From: an uncultured Aliarcobacter sp.
Lineage (GTDB): Bacteria > Campylobacterota > Campylobacteria > Campylobacterales > Arcobacteraceae
Length of the DNA: 64,000 bases
Assembly (NCBI GenBank): GCA_963677435.1
Contig: OY781945.1
Span: 1,952,001-2,016,000, forward strand
Direction of reading: 5' to 3'
The notes beneath the pieces were generated by a model. The model was not told the origin of the DNA, ran no database searches, and worked only from the letters and a program-made list of their open reading frames with translations. The stretch's first letter is position 1, and every line of letters starts with the position of its first letter. The position numbers and the translations under genes were made by a program. Below are positions 10,098 through 19,081 of the stretch, one piece after another.

Positions 10098-11966
10098 ATG
10101 TTCCAGAATATGACTATTTCTAAAAAACTATATTCAGGTTTTTTAATTATGATAGCAATAATCATCATTATCACATCAATTGGAATTATGAAAGTTAATT
10201 ATATAGATGCAACTTTACAAGATATTGTAGAAGTTAACTCTGTAAAACAAAGATATGCAATTAATTTTAGAGGAAGCGTTCACGACAGAGCCATTGCAAT
10301 TAGAGATTTAGTATTGTCAACAAATAAAGATGATGATTTATTTAAAAAATCATATGAAAATATAAAAAAATTAGAAGATTATTACGCTAAATCAGCAGAA
10401 CCTTTAAAAAAGATTTTCCAAGAGGGTTTGAATGTAGATGATAAAGAGAAAGAAATTTTATCAAGAATCAATAACACAGAAGCAAAAACGCTTCCAATGA
10501 TAACAAAAATTATTGAATTAAAAAGTAATAACCAAGAGGAAGAAGCTAAAACTTTATTAATTACTCAAGCTAAAGAAAGTTTGCGAACTTGGTTAAATGA
10601 AATAAATGAATTTATAGATTATGAAGAAAATAAAAATCAAATTGCAACTCCAAAAGCTAGAGAAGTTGCAAGTACTTTTTCATATTTTATGATTTCAGTT
10701 TTAATCGTATCTTTAATTATTGGAATTTTAATAGCCTTCTTAATATCGAATCAAATTGTATCATCTGTTACAAAAGTTCAAATTGGATTACAAAATTTCT
10801 TTGATTTTTTAAATAAAAAAACTAAAAACTCAGCAATGATTGATTTAAATAACAAAGATGAATTTGGAGAAATGGCACAAACAATTAATTCAAATATCCA
10901 TACAATCGAACTTTCTATAAAACAAGATGAAGAGTTTGTAAATGATATTTCGAGATTTGCAAAGCAGATAGGTTCAGGTAATCTTATTGCAAAAATAAAT
11001 AAAGATACGCAAACAAAATCTTTACTTGAATTAAAAGAGATTTTAACAAATATGCAAAATGAGTTGGAACAATCTATTGCTAAAAATATTCCTACACTTT
11101 TAAGTGTTTTAGAAAGTTTTAAAAATCATGATTTTACAGCAAAATTTCCAGATGCACACTCAAAAGTTGCAATAGAAATAAATGAGTTAGGAAATGTAAT
11201 TTCTTCATTATTAAGCCAATCATTAAGTGTAGGAAAAACCCTAGAAAGCTCATCTGCATCTTTGATAGAAAATGTAAATGAATTAAATCTTAGTGCAAAT
11301 GAAGCAGCAGCTTCACTAGAAGAAACAGCAGCAGCACTTGAACAAATAACAGGAACAGTAAAAAGCAACTCTAATAATGTAGCTAAAATGTCTGGTTTTG
11401 CAAATGAAGTTAATAGCTCGGCAAAAGAAGGTCAAGAATTAGCAAAAAGTACAAGTATTGCAATGACTGAAATTTCACAACAAGTAAATACAATAAATGA
11501 TGCCATAAGTATTATTGATCAAATTGCATTCCAAACAAATATTCTATCTTTAAATGCAGCCGTTGAAGCAGCAACAGCAGGAGAAGCAGGAAAAGGATTT
11601 GCTGTAGTTGCAGCAGAAGTAAGAAACTTAGCAAATAGAAGTGCAGAAGCAGCAAGAGAGATAAAAAATATAGTAGAACAAGCAACTTCAAAAGCAACAT
11701 ACGGAAAAACAATAAGTGATAAAATGAGTAAAGGTTATGAAGAGTTAATAATAAATATTGACAAAACAACTGATATTATTCAAGATATTGCAAAAGCTTC
11801 AAAAGAGCAAGAAATAGGTATTTATCAAATAAATGATGCAATTAATTTATTGGATAAACAAACACAAAAAAATGCAAATATAGCATCACAAACAAGAGAT
11901 ATTGCAGTTAAAAATGACTCTATTGCAAAAGAGATGGTTTCTGATTTAAGTAATAAGAAATTTTAA
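10098..11966 (+). CDS. Methyl-accepting chemotaxis protein with 4-helix-bundle sensor
   Basis: [37 protein letters not shown] signalling hairpin; two TM helices. Confidence 0.96.
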   Translation: MFQNMTISKKLYSGFLIMIAIIIIITSIGIMKVNYIDATLQDIVEVNSVKQRYAINFRGSVHDRAIAIRDLVLSTNKDDDLFKKSYENIKKLEDYYAKSAEPLKKIFQEGLNVDDKEKEILSRINNTEAKTLPMITKIIELKSNNQEEEAKTLLITQAKESLRTWLNEINEFIDYEENKNQIATPKAREVASTFSYFMISVLIVSLIIGILIAFLISNQIVSSVTKVQIGLQNFFDFLNKKTKNSAMIDLNNKDEFGEMAQTINSNIHTIELSIKQDEEFVNDISRFAKQIGSGNLIAKINKDTQTKSLLELKEILTNMQNELEQSIAKNIPTLLSVLESFKNHDFTAKFPDAHSKVAIEINELGNVISSLLSQSLSVGKTLESSSASLIENVNELNLSANEAAASLEETAAALEQITGTVKSNSNNVAKMSGFANEVNSSAKEGQELAKSTSIAMTEISQQVNTINDAISIIDQIAFQTNILSLNAAVEAATAGEAGKGFAVVAAEVRNLANRSAEAAREIKNIVEQATSKATYGKTISDKMSKGYEELIINIDKTTDIIQDIAKASKEQEIGIYQINDAINLLDKQTQKNANIASQTRDIAVKNDSIAKEMVSDLSNKKF

Positions 11967-11990
11967 GAAATTTAGATTTGCCTTATTTAC

Positions 11991-12033
11991 CACCCAAGAT
12001 TAAACTTAAGAGTTTAATCTTGGGTTTTTTTAT
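11991..12033. terminator. Hairpin ACCCAAGATTAAAC/GTTTAATCTTGGGT with T-tract, between convergent genes
   Basis: Perfect 14-bp inverted repeat followed by 7 T; overlaps the antiporter stop codon. Confidence 0.75.
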
Positions 12034-13831
12034 TATTTATTTTTTCAGGCACAAATAATATAAGTTTTTTCAACTCTTTTTTCAGTTCTGCTTCACTAAA
12101 AGGATAAAGAAATATATGCTCACTTTTTGTTATAACTGCAATAACTAAAGAGTCTTTTGGATTTTTTGTTATGGCATCTTCATAGGTGAACTCTTTGGAT
12201 AACAATGTTGTTTGGAATTTCCAACCACTATTAAAATAAGTCATAAAATCATTATAAAATAGTTCTGAGTCAAAAAGAGGATTTCCCCTTACTTCTTCAC
12301 TTGGTAATTTATTTTTCTTTTCATCTACTTGTTCCCACCCTATTTCATAAACATTAGAATGTCCAAGTTCTGGGGCAAAGTGTGAGCATACTAAAGTGTT
12401 GTAGGATTTATTGTCTGTTAAGGCAAGTAGTTTGGTAATGTGCGAGAGTTCTAGAACTTCTTCAGTTCTTTTGGCTAAAATTTCTCCGTAATAAGTAGGA
12501 ATATTTTGCATTCTTGCAGGTTTTAGGTTTTCCCATTTTTTATCAATTAACAATACAGGGATTTTATTTTTTTGTAATTCACTAGCTAGTGCAATACTCC
12601 AAACCGATGCACCAATTAACATCAATCCATCAGGATGACTCGATGCTAAATCTAGTTTTTTTGCCAGCCAGCCAATACTTAAGCCATGTAAAACTACAGT
12701 TAGAATAATAAGTGCAAAAACTAAAGGCAATAATAACTCAGCACCAACATATCCCTTTTCTATAAGTTGAGGACTAAACAAACCAGCAATGGCGGCTGCT
12801 ACTATGCCTCTTGGAGCAATCCAAGCAATCAAAAGTCGCTCACGAGGGTTAATATCTGTTTTGATTGTTGATAAATAGATACTTATTGGTCTAAATACGA
12901 AGATAATTAAAAATAAAAGTAACCAACTTTGCCAACCTAATCGTTGTAATATTTCAGGTTCAATTTCAGCTGTTAAAATTATAAATATAAAAGAAACAAG
13001 AAGAATTGTCACATACTCTTTGAATCGTCTTAATTCACCCAATGAATCTAATCGTTGATTAGCAAGAGTAATTCCCAAAATAGTTACTGCCATAAGTCCG
13101 GCTTCACTTTGCGCAAGATTTGCCAAAGTGTATACAAGAAAAACAGTGATTAAAATCAAAGGTGATTTTAAATGTTCAGGAACTTTTCCTTTTTTAAAAG
13201 CTTGTGCAATAAAAAACCCAAAACCCACACCAAGTATCAAAGATACAACAAGACTTAATCCCAATCCTATAGCTATGTTAATTAGCAAAGTTTCACTTTG
13301 AGATAACATATAATAACCATAAATTAGCACTACAAGTAAAGCACCTATTGGGTCATTTATAATTCCTTCCCATTTTAATAGTGCTGATGGGCCTTTGTTT
13401 AAATTTGCTTGCTTTAAAAGTGGCGTTATTACTGTAGGTCCTGTTACTATTATAATAGCTGCAAAGATTAATGCAACAGGCATAGATAAGCCTACTAAAT
13501 AATATGCTCCCATTGCTCCAAAGAAAAAGGTGATTAAAACATTCCAAGTTATTAATCTATTTATGACTTGTGAATTTTGTTTAAATTCATGCCATTTTAG
13601 ATTTAAACCACCTTCAAATAAAATTATTGCAACACCTAGGGAAACTATTGGATTTAGCAACTCTGCAAAATCTTCTTTTGGGTTAATCCAGCCAGTTATT
13701 GGTCCCATAATAAACCCTGCAATTATCAAAAGTATTAATGCAGGTATTTTGAAACGCCACCCTATCCATTGCAAAGCAATACCAACGATAAGTATTGAAG
13801 CCATGATTTGCGTGAGGTGTTGATGTAACAT
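12014..13831 (-). CDS. CPA1/NhaP-type cation:proton antiporter with C-terminal NAD-binding-like domain
   Basis: ILFEGGL, TGPTVI, WEGIINDP, PRGIVAA motifs; many TM helices. Confidence 0.9.
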   Translation of the reverse strand: MLHQHLTQIMASILIVGIALQWIGWRFKIPALILLIIAGFIMGPITGWINPKEDFAELLNPIVSLGVAIILFEGGLNLKWHEFKQNSQVINRLITWNVLITFFFGAMGAYYLVGLSMPVALIFAAIIIVTGPTVITPLLKQANLNKGPSALLKWEGIINDPIGALLVVLIYGYYMLSQSETLLINIAIGLGLSLVVSLILGVGFGFFIAQAFKKGKVPEHLKSPLILITVFLVYTLANLAQSEAGLMAVTILGITLANQRLDSLGELRRFKEYVTILLVSFIFIILTAEIEPEILQRLGWQSWLLLFLIIFVFRPISIYLSTIKTDINPRERLLIAWIAPRGIVAAAIAGLFSPQLIEKGYVGAELLLPLVFALIILTVVLHGLSIGWLAKKLDLASSHPDGLMLIGASVWSIALASELQKNKIPVLLIDKKWENLKPARMQNIPTYYGEILAKRTEEVLELSHITKLLALTDNKSYNTLVCSHFAPELGHSNVYEIGWEQVDEKKNKLPSEEVRGNPLFDSELFYNDFMTYFNSGWKFQTTLLSKEFTYEDAITKNPKDSLVIAVITKSEHIFLYPFSEAELKKELKKLILFVPEKINNKKTQD

Positions 13832-13925
13832 TAATCTTCCTTACTCGTTTAAGTTTACTATAGCAAAAATTATCAATATTATAAAGCTATATAAAAGTTA
13901 AAGTATTGTTTTATTTGTTATAAAA

Positions 13926-14165
13926 TCATGCTTTTTTAATCATACTGAGTAAATACAAGAAAAGAACAGCACCTATAGTTGCCATAATAATTGCCCCTAA
14001 TAATCCGCCTGTTGTTATACCTAATAATCCAAATACAAAACCACCAACAACAGCTCCAAAAATTCCCACGATAATATCACCAATAAGACCAAATCCTCGT
14101 CCTTTCATTATATTACCCGCAAGCCAACCAGCCAACGCACCAACTGCTAAAAATATTATCAACAT
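13926..14165 (-). CDS. GlsB/YeaQ/YmgE family (transglycosylase-associated) membrane protein
   Basis: G-rich TM pattern VGALAGWLAG..GLIGDIIVGIFGAVVGG; start moved to ATG 14165 behind a GGAG RBS. Confidence 0.88.
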   Translation of the reverse strand: MLIIFLAVGALAGWLAGNIMKGRGFGLIGDIIVGIFGAVVGGFVFGLLGITTGGLLGAIIMATIGAVLFLYLLSMIKKA

Positions 14166-14466
14166 AATGTCTCCAATTTTTTTATTTTTTATGTTAAAGA
14201 TAGATGCTAACAGTAAAACTGCCCGCACAAAAATATAATAAGTCACAACTTTGTTTGTCTGCGCACATTTGAAAGAGCTGAAATGCAGAAGCATTACAGT
14301 AAGTTCACTATACAGTAATATTTATTTTTTAAGATAGGTAAATCAAGTTTTTAAGATTAAATTATATTTTATTAAAACCTTTGATTATTTGAGAAATTCA
14401 TTGAAAAATTTAGCTGAATTGTTATTTTAATAATATAATACTAGCTATGAATAATAAGGAGAATAT

Positions 14467-15069
14467 GTGGATTATCAAAAATTTAGTGAAATTTCACCTT
14501 GTGATTATGCAGGGACTTTAAAAAGAGAAAGTTTTATGGATGAGGGAATGAAAGAGCTATGGCCTAATATTCCTAGAATCTCAGGCCCTGCATTTACAGT
14601 AAATATGATTGCAGGTGAAAATCTAGCACTTCATAGAGCTATTTATGAAGCACCAGCAGGCTCAATAATCGTAGCACAATCAAACACGATGGATTATGCA
14701 GTAATTGGTGGAAATGTAGCAATGATAGCTTATAAAAGAGGCATTATTGGTTTTGTAATCGATGGAGTCGTGCGTGATATTGCAGAAATTAGAGAAAATA
14801 AAATTCCAGTGTTTGGACGTGGTGTTTTAGCAATGCCAGGAACTAAAAAACAAGCCGTTCCTATAAACACACCAATCACAGCAGGTGGAATAAGTGTAAA
14901 TCCTGGTGATATAATAGTAGCAGATGAAGAAGGAATCGCTGTTATTCCAAAAGATAGAGCCGAAGAAATATATCAAGAGTGTAAAGAAAAAGTGAAAAAA
15001 GAAGCTAGTATTAGTTTTGAAGAGTGGGCAGATAGACACAAGAAAAATATAGACTCTTTTTATGAGTGA
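14467..15069 (+). CDS. RraA family / HMG aldolase-like protein
   Basis: GPAFTV, IDGVVRD, GDIIVADEEG motifs. Confidence 0.88.
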   Translation: MDYQKFSEISPCDYAGTLKRESFMDEGMKELWPNIPRISGPAFTVNMIAGENLALHRAIYEAPAGSIIVAQSNTMDYAVIGGNVAMIAYKRGIIGFVIDGVVRDIAEIRENKIPVFGRGVLAMPGTKKQAVPINTPITAGGISVNPGDIIVADEEGIAVIPKDRAEEIYQECKEKVKKEASISFEEWADRHKKNIDSFYE

Positions 15070-15146
15070 TTTTTTATTAAGTTAGAAAGTTGAGATTGGA
15101 AGTTTTATTGTGAATGAAACTTCTTTTTCTCTAGGATTTTGAACAG

Positions 15147-15356
15147 TTAAAAATTTAATTTTTTAGCTTTTTCGATATTTTTAAGAGCTTCTAATAATTC
15201 ATCTTTATCTCCATCTTTTAATACTTGGGATAAATATTCATTTCTTATTTCTTTATTGTCTAAGTATTCAGAAATATTGAAATCTTTTAACTCATTTATT
15301 TTGAGATTTTTTTCTAATGATTTTATCTTTTGTATTTGTTTTTGTAAATCATCCAT
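15147..15356 (-). CDS. Addiction-module antidote-like protein (HI1420-like N-terminal part), apparently lacking the HTH
   Basis: DFNISEYLD...YLSQVLKDGD..ELLEAL..I.KA pattern. Confidence 0.55.
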   Translation of the reverse strand: MDDLQKQIQKIKSLEKNLKINELKDFNISEYLDNKEIRNEYLSQVLKDGDKDELLEALKNIEKAKKLNF

Positions 15357-15396
15357 TTTTCACTTCTAATTTTTATATGTAAAAATATTTTGTTTA

Positions 15397-15470
15397 TTGA
15401 CTAAATAAATATACTTGATATAATTATAATCTTAATTCCTTCGGGACGACTCATCTTTTTAGATGAGGTT
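15397..15470 (+). ncRNA. Candidate small RNA unit 1: promoter, C(UUCG)G hairpin, second hairpin
   Basis: TTGACT-16-TATAAT (TGn extended) followed by TCC-TTCG-GGA and CTCATCT/AGATGAG; no ORF. Confidence 0.35.
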
Positions 15471-15477
15471 TAAATAA

Positions 15478-15506
15478 TTGACAAGAATATAAAGTTTTTA
15501 TATAAT
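15478..15506 (+). promoter_or_regulatory. Consensus sigma70 promoter
   Basis: TTGACA (15478-83), 17-nt spacer, TATAAT (15501-06). Confidence 0.75.
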
Positions 15507-15512
15507 TCTATT

Positions 15513-15562
15513 AGGACACCCAGTAAGCCTTAAACCTTTGAGTTTAAGCTTGGGTTTTTTTA
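15513..15562 (+). ncRNA. Candidate small RNA unit 2 (about 50 nt, bulged hairpin ending in a U-tract)
   Basis: Immediately downstream of the consensus promoter: ACCCAGTAAGCCTTAAAC-CTTTGA-GTTTAAGCTTGGGT-T tract; no ORF. Confidence 0.4.
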
Positions 15563-15640
15563 TGCCTAATTTTTTATAAAATTTACTTTCAATCAAATCG
15601 TTTTCTCGATGTCAGCAAAACGATTTATATTTTCATATAT

Positions 15641-17281
15641 TTAAATTTCTTCTTTTTTATTTTTTTTTGAAAAAAAACCATTAATAAAACTTAAAAAAAT
15701 ATCATTGTCTTGTGCTAAAATATTTTTAAAAAAAGGTCTTTTCTCTCCATCACTAATATGAATATCTACTATTTTAGCAATTTGTCTCTTTTCCCATAAG
15801 TCTGCGCGTACATAATAATCTCTTATTTCTAAAACTTCTCCTCGACTAATTAGTTTTTCTAATTCTTCAAGAACAGCTCTCCCTATATAATTTCCTGCAT
15901 TTCTTTTTAATTGACGAAAATAATCAAAAAGTATTTTTTTATTTTTACATTTACCAACACTAAAAAATCTTACTAAAAATACTAAAATATATTCTGAATA
16001 CATACTTGTTTCAAGCCATTTTTGTAACTCATTTTCAATTTCTTCAATTTGTTCCTCTGTCAGTAAATATTCATACTTAATAATAACATCTAGAGTATAT
16101 GGTAAAAATTGTGGGAAATTTTTAAGTATAGTAATTATTTTCACAAGATATACTGATTTTTCCTGCGCTATTGCAGTCTTAATTAGTTCAACAAAAGCTT
16201 TTGGTTCCATCAATGTAGAAATCTCAATTTCATTATATAATTCTTCAATCTTATTTTCAAGTAATTTTTTAGTTTCTTTTTCCGTCAATTTCCGGAATTT
16301 TGTTGGAATTAATCCAGAATAACCACGTATTATTTTTGGAATATTAAATTTATTTCTTAACAATCCTTCATCAATATTCAAAGTATTTAGAATTTCTTCA
16401 TTTATTTCTATTTTTTGGACTAAATTTTCCTCCCGATTTCCTTTATCTTTTGATACATCTTTTATTTCAGTTTTACTAGTATTTAAAAAAAGACCTTCTT
16501 TATTAAGTTTATCAACTAATATAGACAAAGAATAGTGTGCAGTTGCTGCATCTTTTGCAAAGATTCTATAATCATCTACAAATCTACAAAAGTCAATTTT
16601 TTTAGAAATTAAATAATTATCAACTTCAATTAAACTTGCTTCAGCAAGTATTCTACTAGCATTTGAACCTACAGGTAGCCCATATGAATCTCTATTAGAC
16701 CAAAACAATAGAAGCTCATTAATTTGTTGAATTATTTTTTTATCGATTTTATCATTAGAAGATAATATACATTCAAGTCTATGAAGATTTAACCGATCAT
16801 AAAAATTTCCAATATCACAAGAAACAACAACATTTATATTTTTTTGTTTTGATTTTTTAGAAACGTGTTCTCGAAAGGAAGTAAAGTTATAATCAGGATC
16901 AAATAAATATCCTTTTTGAGGTTTTAGACGATATGAAAATATATGATTCTTACTTTTTGAAATTCTCATAACTTCAATTTTATCTGATATTTGAAGAACT
17001 AAAGAAAGATATTTCAACTCATCTAAGGGTTGAATCAAAGCACACTTTCTAAAATCGAACAATTCTTTTTTAGGAACTAATATATAACTAATAGGTGTTA
17101 TTCCCATTAATTTAATATTATTTTCTTTAAGTGAAGTTTTTATTACTTCAATCACTTTATTTTTGACCTTGTCATTTTTTAGCATATCTATTTCAAATGG
17201 TTTTGAAAAAACGTCAACATCAGTAAGGCCTTCTTTTAGCACATTATCTATAGAAAGTAAAATTGCATCATGTATTTTCAT
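15641..17281 (-). CDS. Reverse transcriptase, UG/Abi (DRT-like) class, with helical C-terminal domain
   Basis: DIGNFYDRL, GLPVGSNASRILAE, RFVDDYRIF, GLFLNTSKT; no retron NAxxH/VTG motifs and no intron maturase domain recognised. Confidence 0.9.
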   Translation of the reverse strand: MKIHDAILLSIDNVLKEGLTDVDVFSKPFEIDMLKNDKVKNKVIEVIKTSLKENNIKLMGITPISYILVPKKELFDFRKCALIQPLDELKYLSLVLQISDKIEVMRISKSKNHIFSYRLKPQKGYLFDPDYNFTSFREHVSKKSKQKNINVVVSCDIGNFYDRLNLHRLECILSSNDKIDKKIIQQINELLLFWSNRDSYGLPVGSNASRILAEASLIEVDNYLISKKIDFCRFVDDYRIFAKDAATAHYSLSILVDKLNKEGLFLNTSKTEIKDVSKDKGNREENLVQKIEINEEILNTLNIDEGLLRNKFNIPKIIRGYSGLIPTKFRKLTEKETKKLLENKIEELYNEIEISTLMEPKAFVELIKTAIAQEKSVYLVKIITILKNFPQFLPYTLDVIIKYEYLLTEEQIEEIENELQKWLETSMYSEYILVFLVRFFSVGKCKNKKILFDYFRQLKRNAGNYIGRAVLEELEKLISRGEVLEIRDYYVRADLWEKRQIAKIVDIHISDGEKRPFFKNILAQDNDIFLSFINGFFSKKNKKEEI

Positions 17282-17289
17282 AAAAATTC

Positions 17290-19053
17290 CTAATGATTTA
17301 TAATTTCAGTAATATATTTGATAATTGGAACTTTTTGAATATCCATATCATCTAAATTAGGTTGTAATACATCTCTCCAATACTTATTTGCATTCAATGG
17401 TTTTCCATCAGAACTTAAATACTCAGATATTTTATAATGAAACTTTTCTGGAATAGAACTATCAATATGTGCAGGTTCAAAAGTTGTCTTATGTACTCGT
17501 AACAGACCTGTAGAATAATCAGAAATTGTGTAATCATTTTTTAACTGTTCATATATCCCTTTTTGAATGTGTGTTATAAAAATTGGATTGCCATTTGAAT
17601 CAATACTTTGTTGATTACTTTTATCAGTATCACAAATTACATGATATTTAATATGAAACTTAGAAAACATTTTTTGATAAAAGGGAATATTATTAACTGT
17701 ACCACAGTTTACAACAAATAAATCTTTTGATGGATTTTTTTCAGAAAGATATCCTCTTAAAATAATTTCCTCTGTTGAACCTTCAATTAAAATAACTTCA
17801 TCAGCATAAAATGATTCACATATAAAAGGATTAAATCTAAGTACTTCATACATTTCTTGTTTTAGTTCTTCTTTTGTTACAATCCCTTTAGCATTTTTTA
17901 AATATTCTTCATTCACTTGAAATAATTGAGTTGAATCATCATTATTTTTAATTATTCTAATTAGTGATGATTTAGGTTTAGAAATATCAATCATTTGTGG
18001 TGAATGAGAAGCACACAATACCTGATATGGTAAATCATCCTCACTCACTTTATAAATTAATGTACGGAGTTCACGCATAAGTTTGGGATGCAAAAACAAC
18101 TCTGGTTCTTCAAATAATACAAGATAATCTTTTCGATTTTTTTCTCTTTTAAACTCTTCTGCAACGTCTTGCATAAGTAGCAATGTAAACATTGCAGTCC
18201 TAACCGCACCATGTCCAATTTTTTCATAGCCAGTAGGTATGTTTTCATCTATTTCACCTCCATCTCTAATTTTCTCAAAATGTATATTAAATTTTTTTCC
18301 AAGTTTATCTTCTGTCCATTTTACTTTGTCTTGCTCACTAAGTTCAATTTTAAAATTAGGAAAAACCTTTTGAAAATGTTCGTTAACATCTTTTTTATAA
18401 GAAGAAATAGAGCTAGGGTTATACATTTTGTTTTGTAATTCTTTTATCTTTCCCTTTGCATCTTCAAGCTCAGCAATTTCTTTTGAGGTCAAAAACCTTT
18501 TTGCTTTTTCTGAAAGAATATTATTAATAATTTCTTCAATCTCTTTCTCAGATGGCATTGCTTTGATAAAAATTGGTGTAGGCAAACATGATTGAAATAT
18601 GCTATCAAGTCCAATACTTCCATAGTTTGTCTCATCCCAATCATCTTCTTCTGGTTGTTCCCAATTTAGTGATGATGGCTTTAAAGTAAAATTTTTCACT
18701 TCCTTTTTTAAATAAACTTTTTTAACTTTTAATATTTTTTCATTTTTTAGCCAAACTTTGAGAGAATCTTTTTTTTTGGGAGCAACTTCTGCTATTTTTT
18801 TAAAATCAAATTCATCAAGTTCTACTTCTAATTCAAATTCCATTTTTTTATTAATATCTTTTTTAAAAAAATCATCTTCCTTAGCAGTATCACTTTTATA
18901 AAAAAACTCATATGCTTTTAAAAAAGTAGATTTCCCAACATTATTTTGTCCAAATAAAAATATTGTGTTTGATTCTTTAAAATCAACTCTATTATTTTCT
19001 AAACCACCAGATAATGCTCTAAAATTATTTACTGCAAATGATAATATTTTCAT
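17290..19053 (-). CDS. OLD-family ATP-dependent nuclease (ABC ATPase + TOPRIM)
   Basis: Walker A GQNNVGKST, Walker B LFEEPELFLHP, SHS, TOPRIM VILIEGSTE and ICDTD. Confidence 0.9.
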   Translation of the reverse strand: MKILSFAVNNFRALSGGLENNRVDFKESNTIFLFGQNNVGKSTFLKAYEFFYKSDTAKEDDFFKKDINKKMEFELEVELDEFDFKKIAEVAPKKKDSLKVWLKNEKILKVKKVYLKKEVKNFTLKPSSLNWEQPEEDDWDETNYGSIGLDSIFQSCLPTPIFIKAMPSEKEIEEIINNILSEKAKRFLTSKEIAELEDAKGKIKELQNKMYNPSSISSYKKDVNEHFQKVFPNFKIELSEQDKVKWTEDKLGKKFNIHFEKIRDGGEIDENIPTGYEKIGHGAVRTAMFTLLLMQDVAEEFKREKNRKDYLVLFEEPELFLHPKLMRELRTLIYKVSEDDLPYQVLCASHSPQMIDISKPKSSLIRIIKNNDDSTQLFQVNEEYLKNAKGIVTKEELKQEMYEVLRFNPFICESFYADEVILIEGSTEEIILRGYLSEKNPSKDLFVVNCGTVNNIPFYQKMFSKFHIKYHVICDTDKSNQQSIDSNGNPIFITHIQKGIYEQLKNDYTISDYSTGLLRVHKTTFEPAHIDSSIPEKFHYKISEYLSSDGKPLNANKYWRDVLQPNLDDMDIQKVPIIKYITEIINH

Positions 19054-19081
19054 TTATTTCCTTTTATTTAATTTTAATTCT

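Noticed and set aside
14166..14310. N-terminal extension of the GlsB-like ORF, or a riboswitch in this slightly GC-richer leader
   Set aside because: A better RBS and start exist at 14165, and no convincing stem set or known aptamer consensus was found
15431..15455. tRNA 3' remnant or att site
   Set aside because: No GTTCRA T-loop and no CCA; it fits a UUCG hairpin better
15641..17281. Group II intron or DGR reverse transcriptase
   Set aside because: No YADD with maturase domain, no intron domain V, and no template/variable repeat pair seen
15641..19053. Calling RT + ATPase-TOPRIM a standard type I-B retron
   Set aside because: The RT lacks NAxxH and VTG motifs, is long with a helical tail, and there is no room for msr-msd directly upstream (8-nt and 28-nt gaps); left open pending phylogeny
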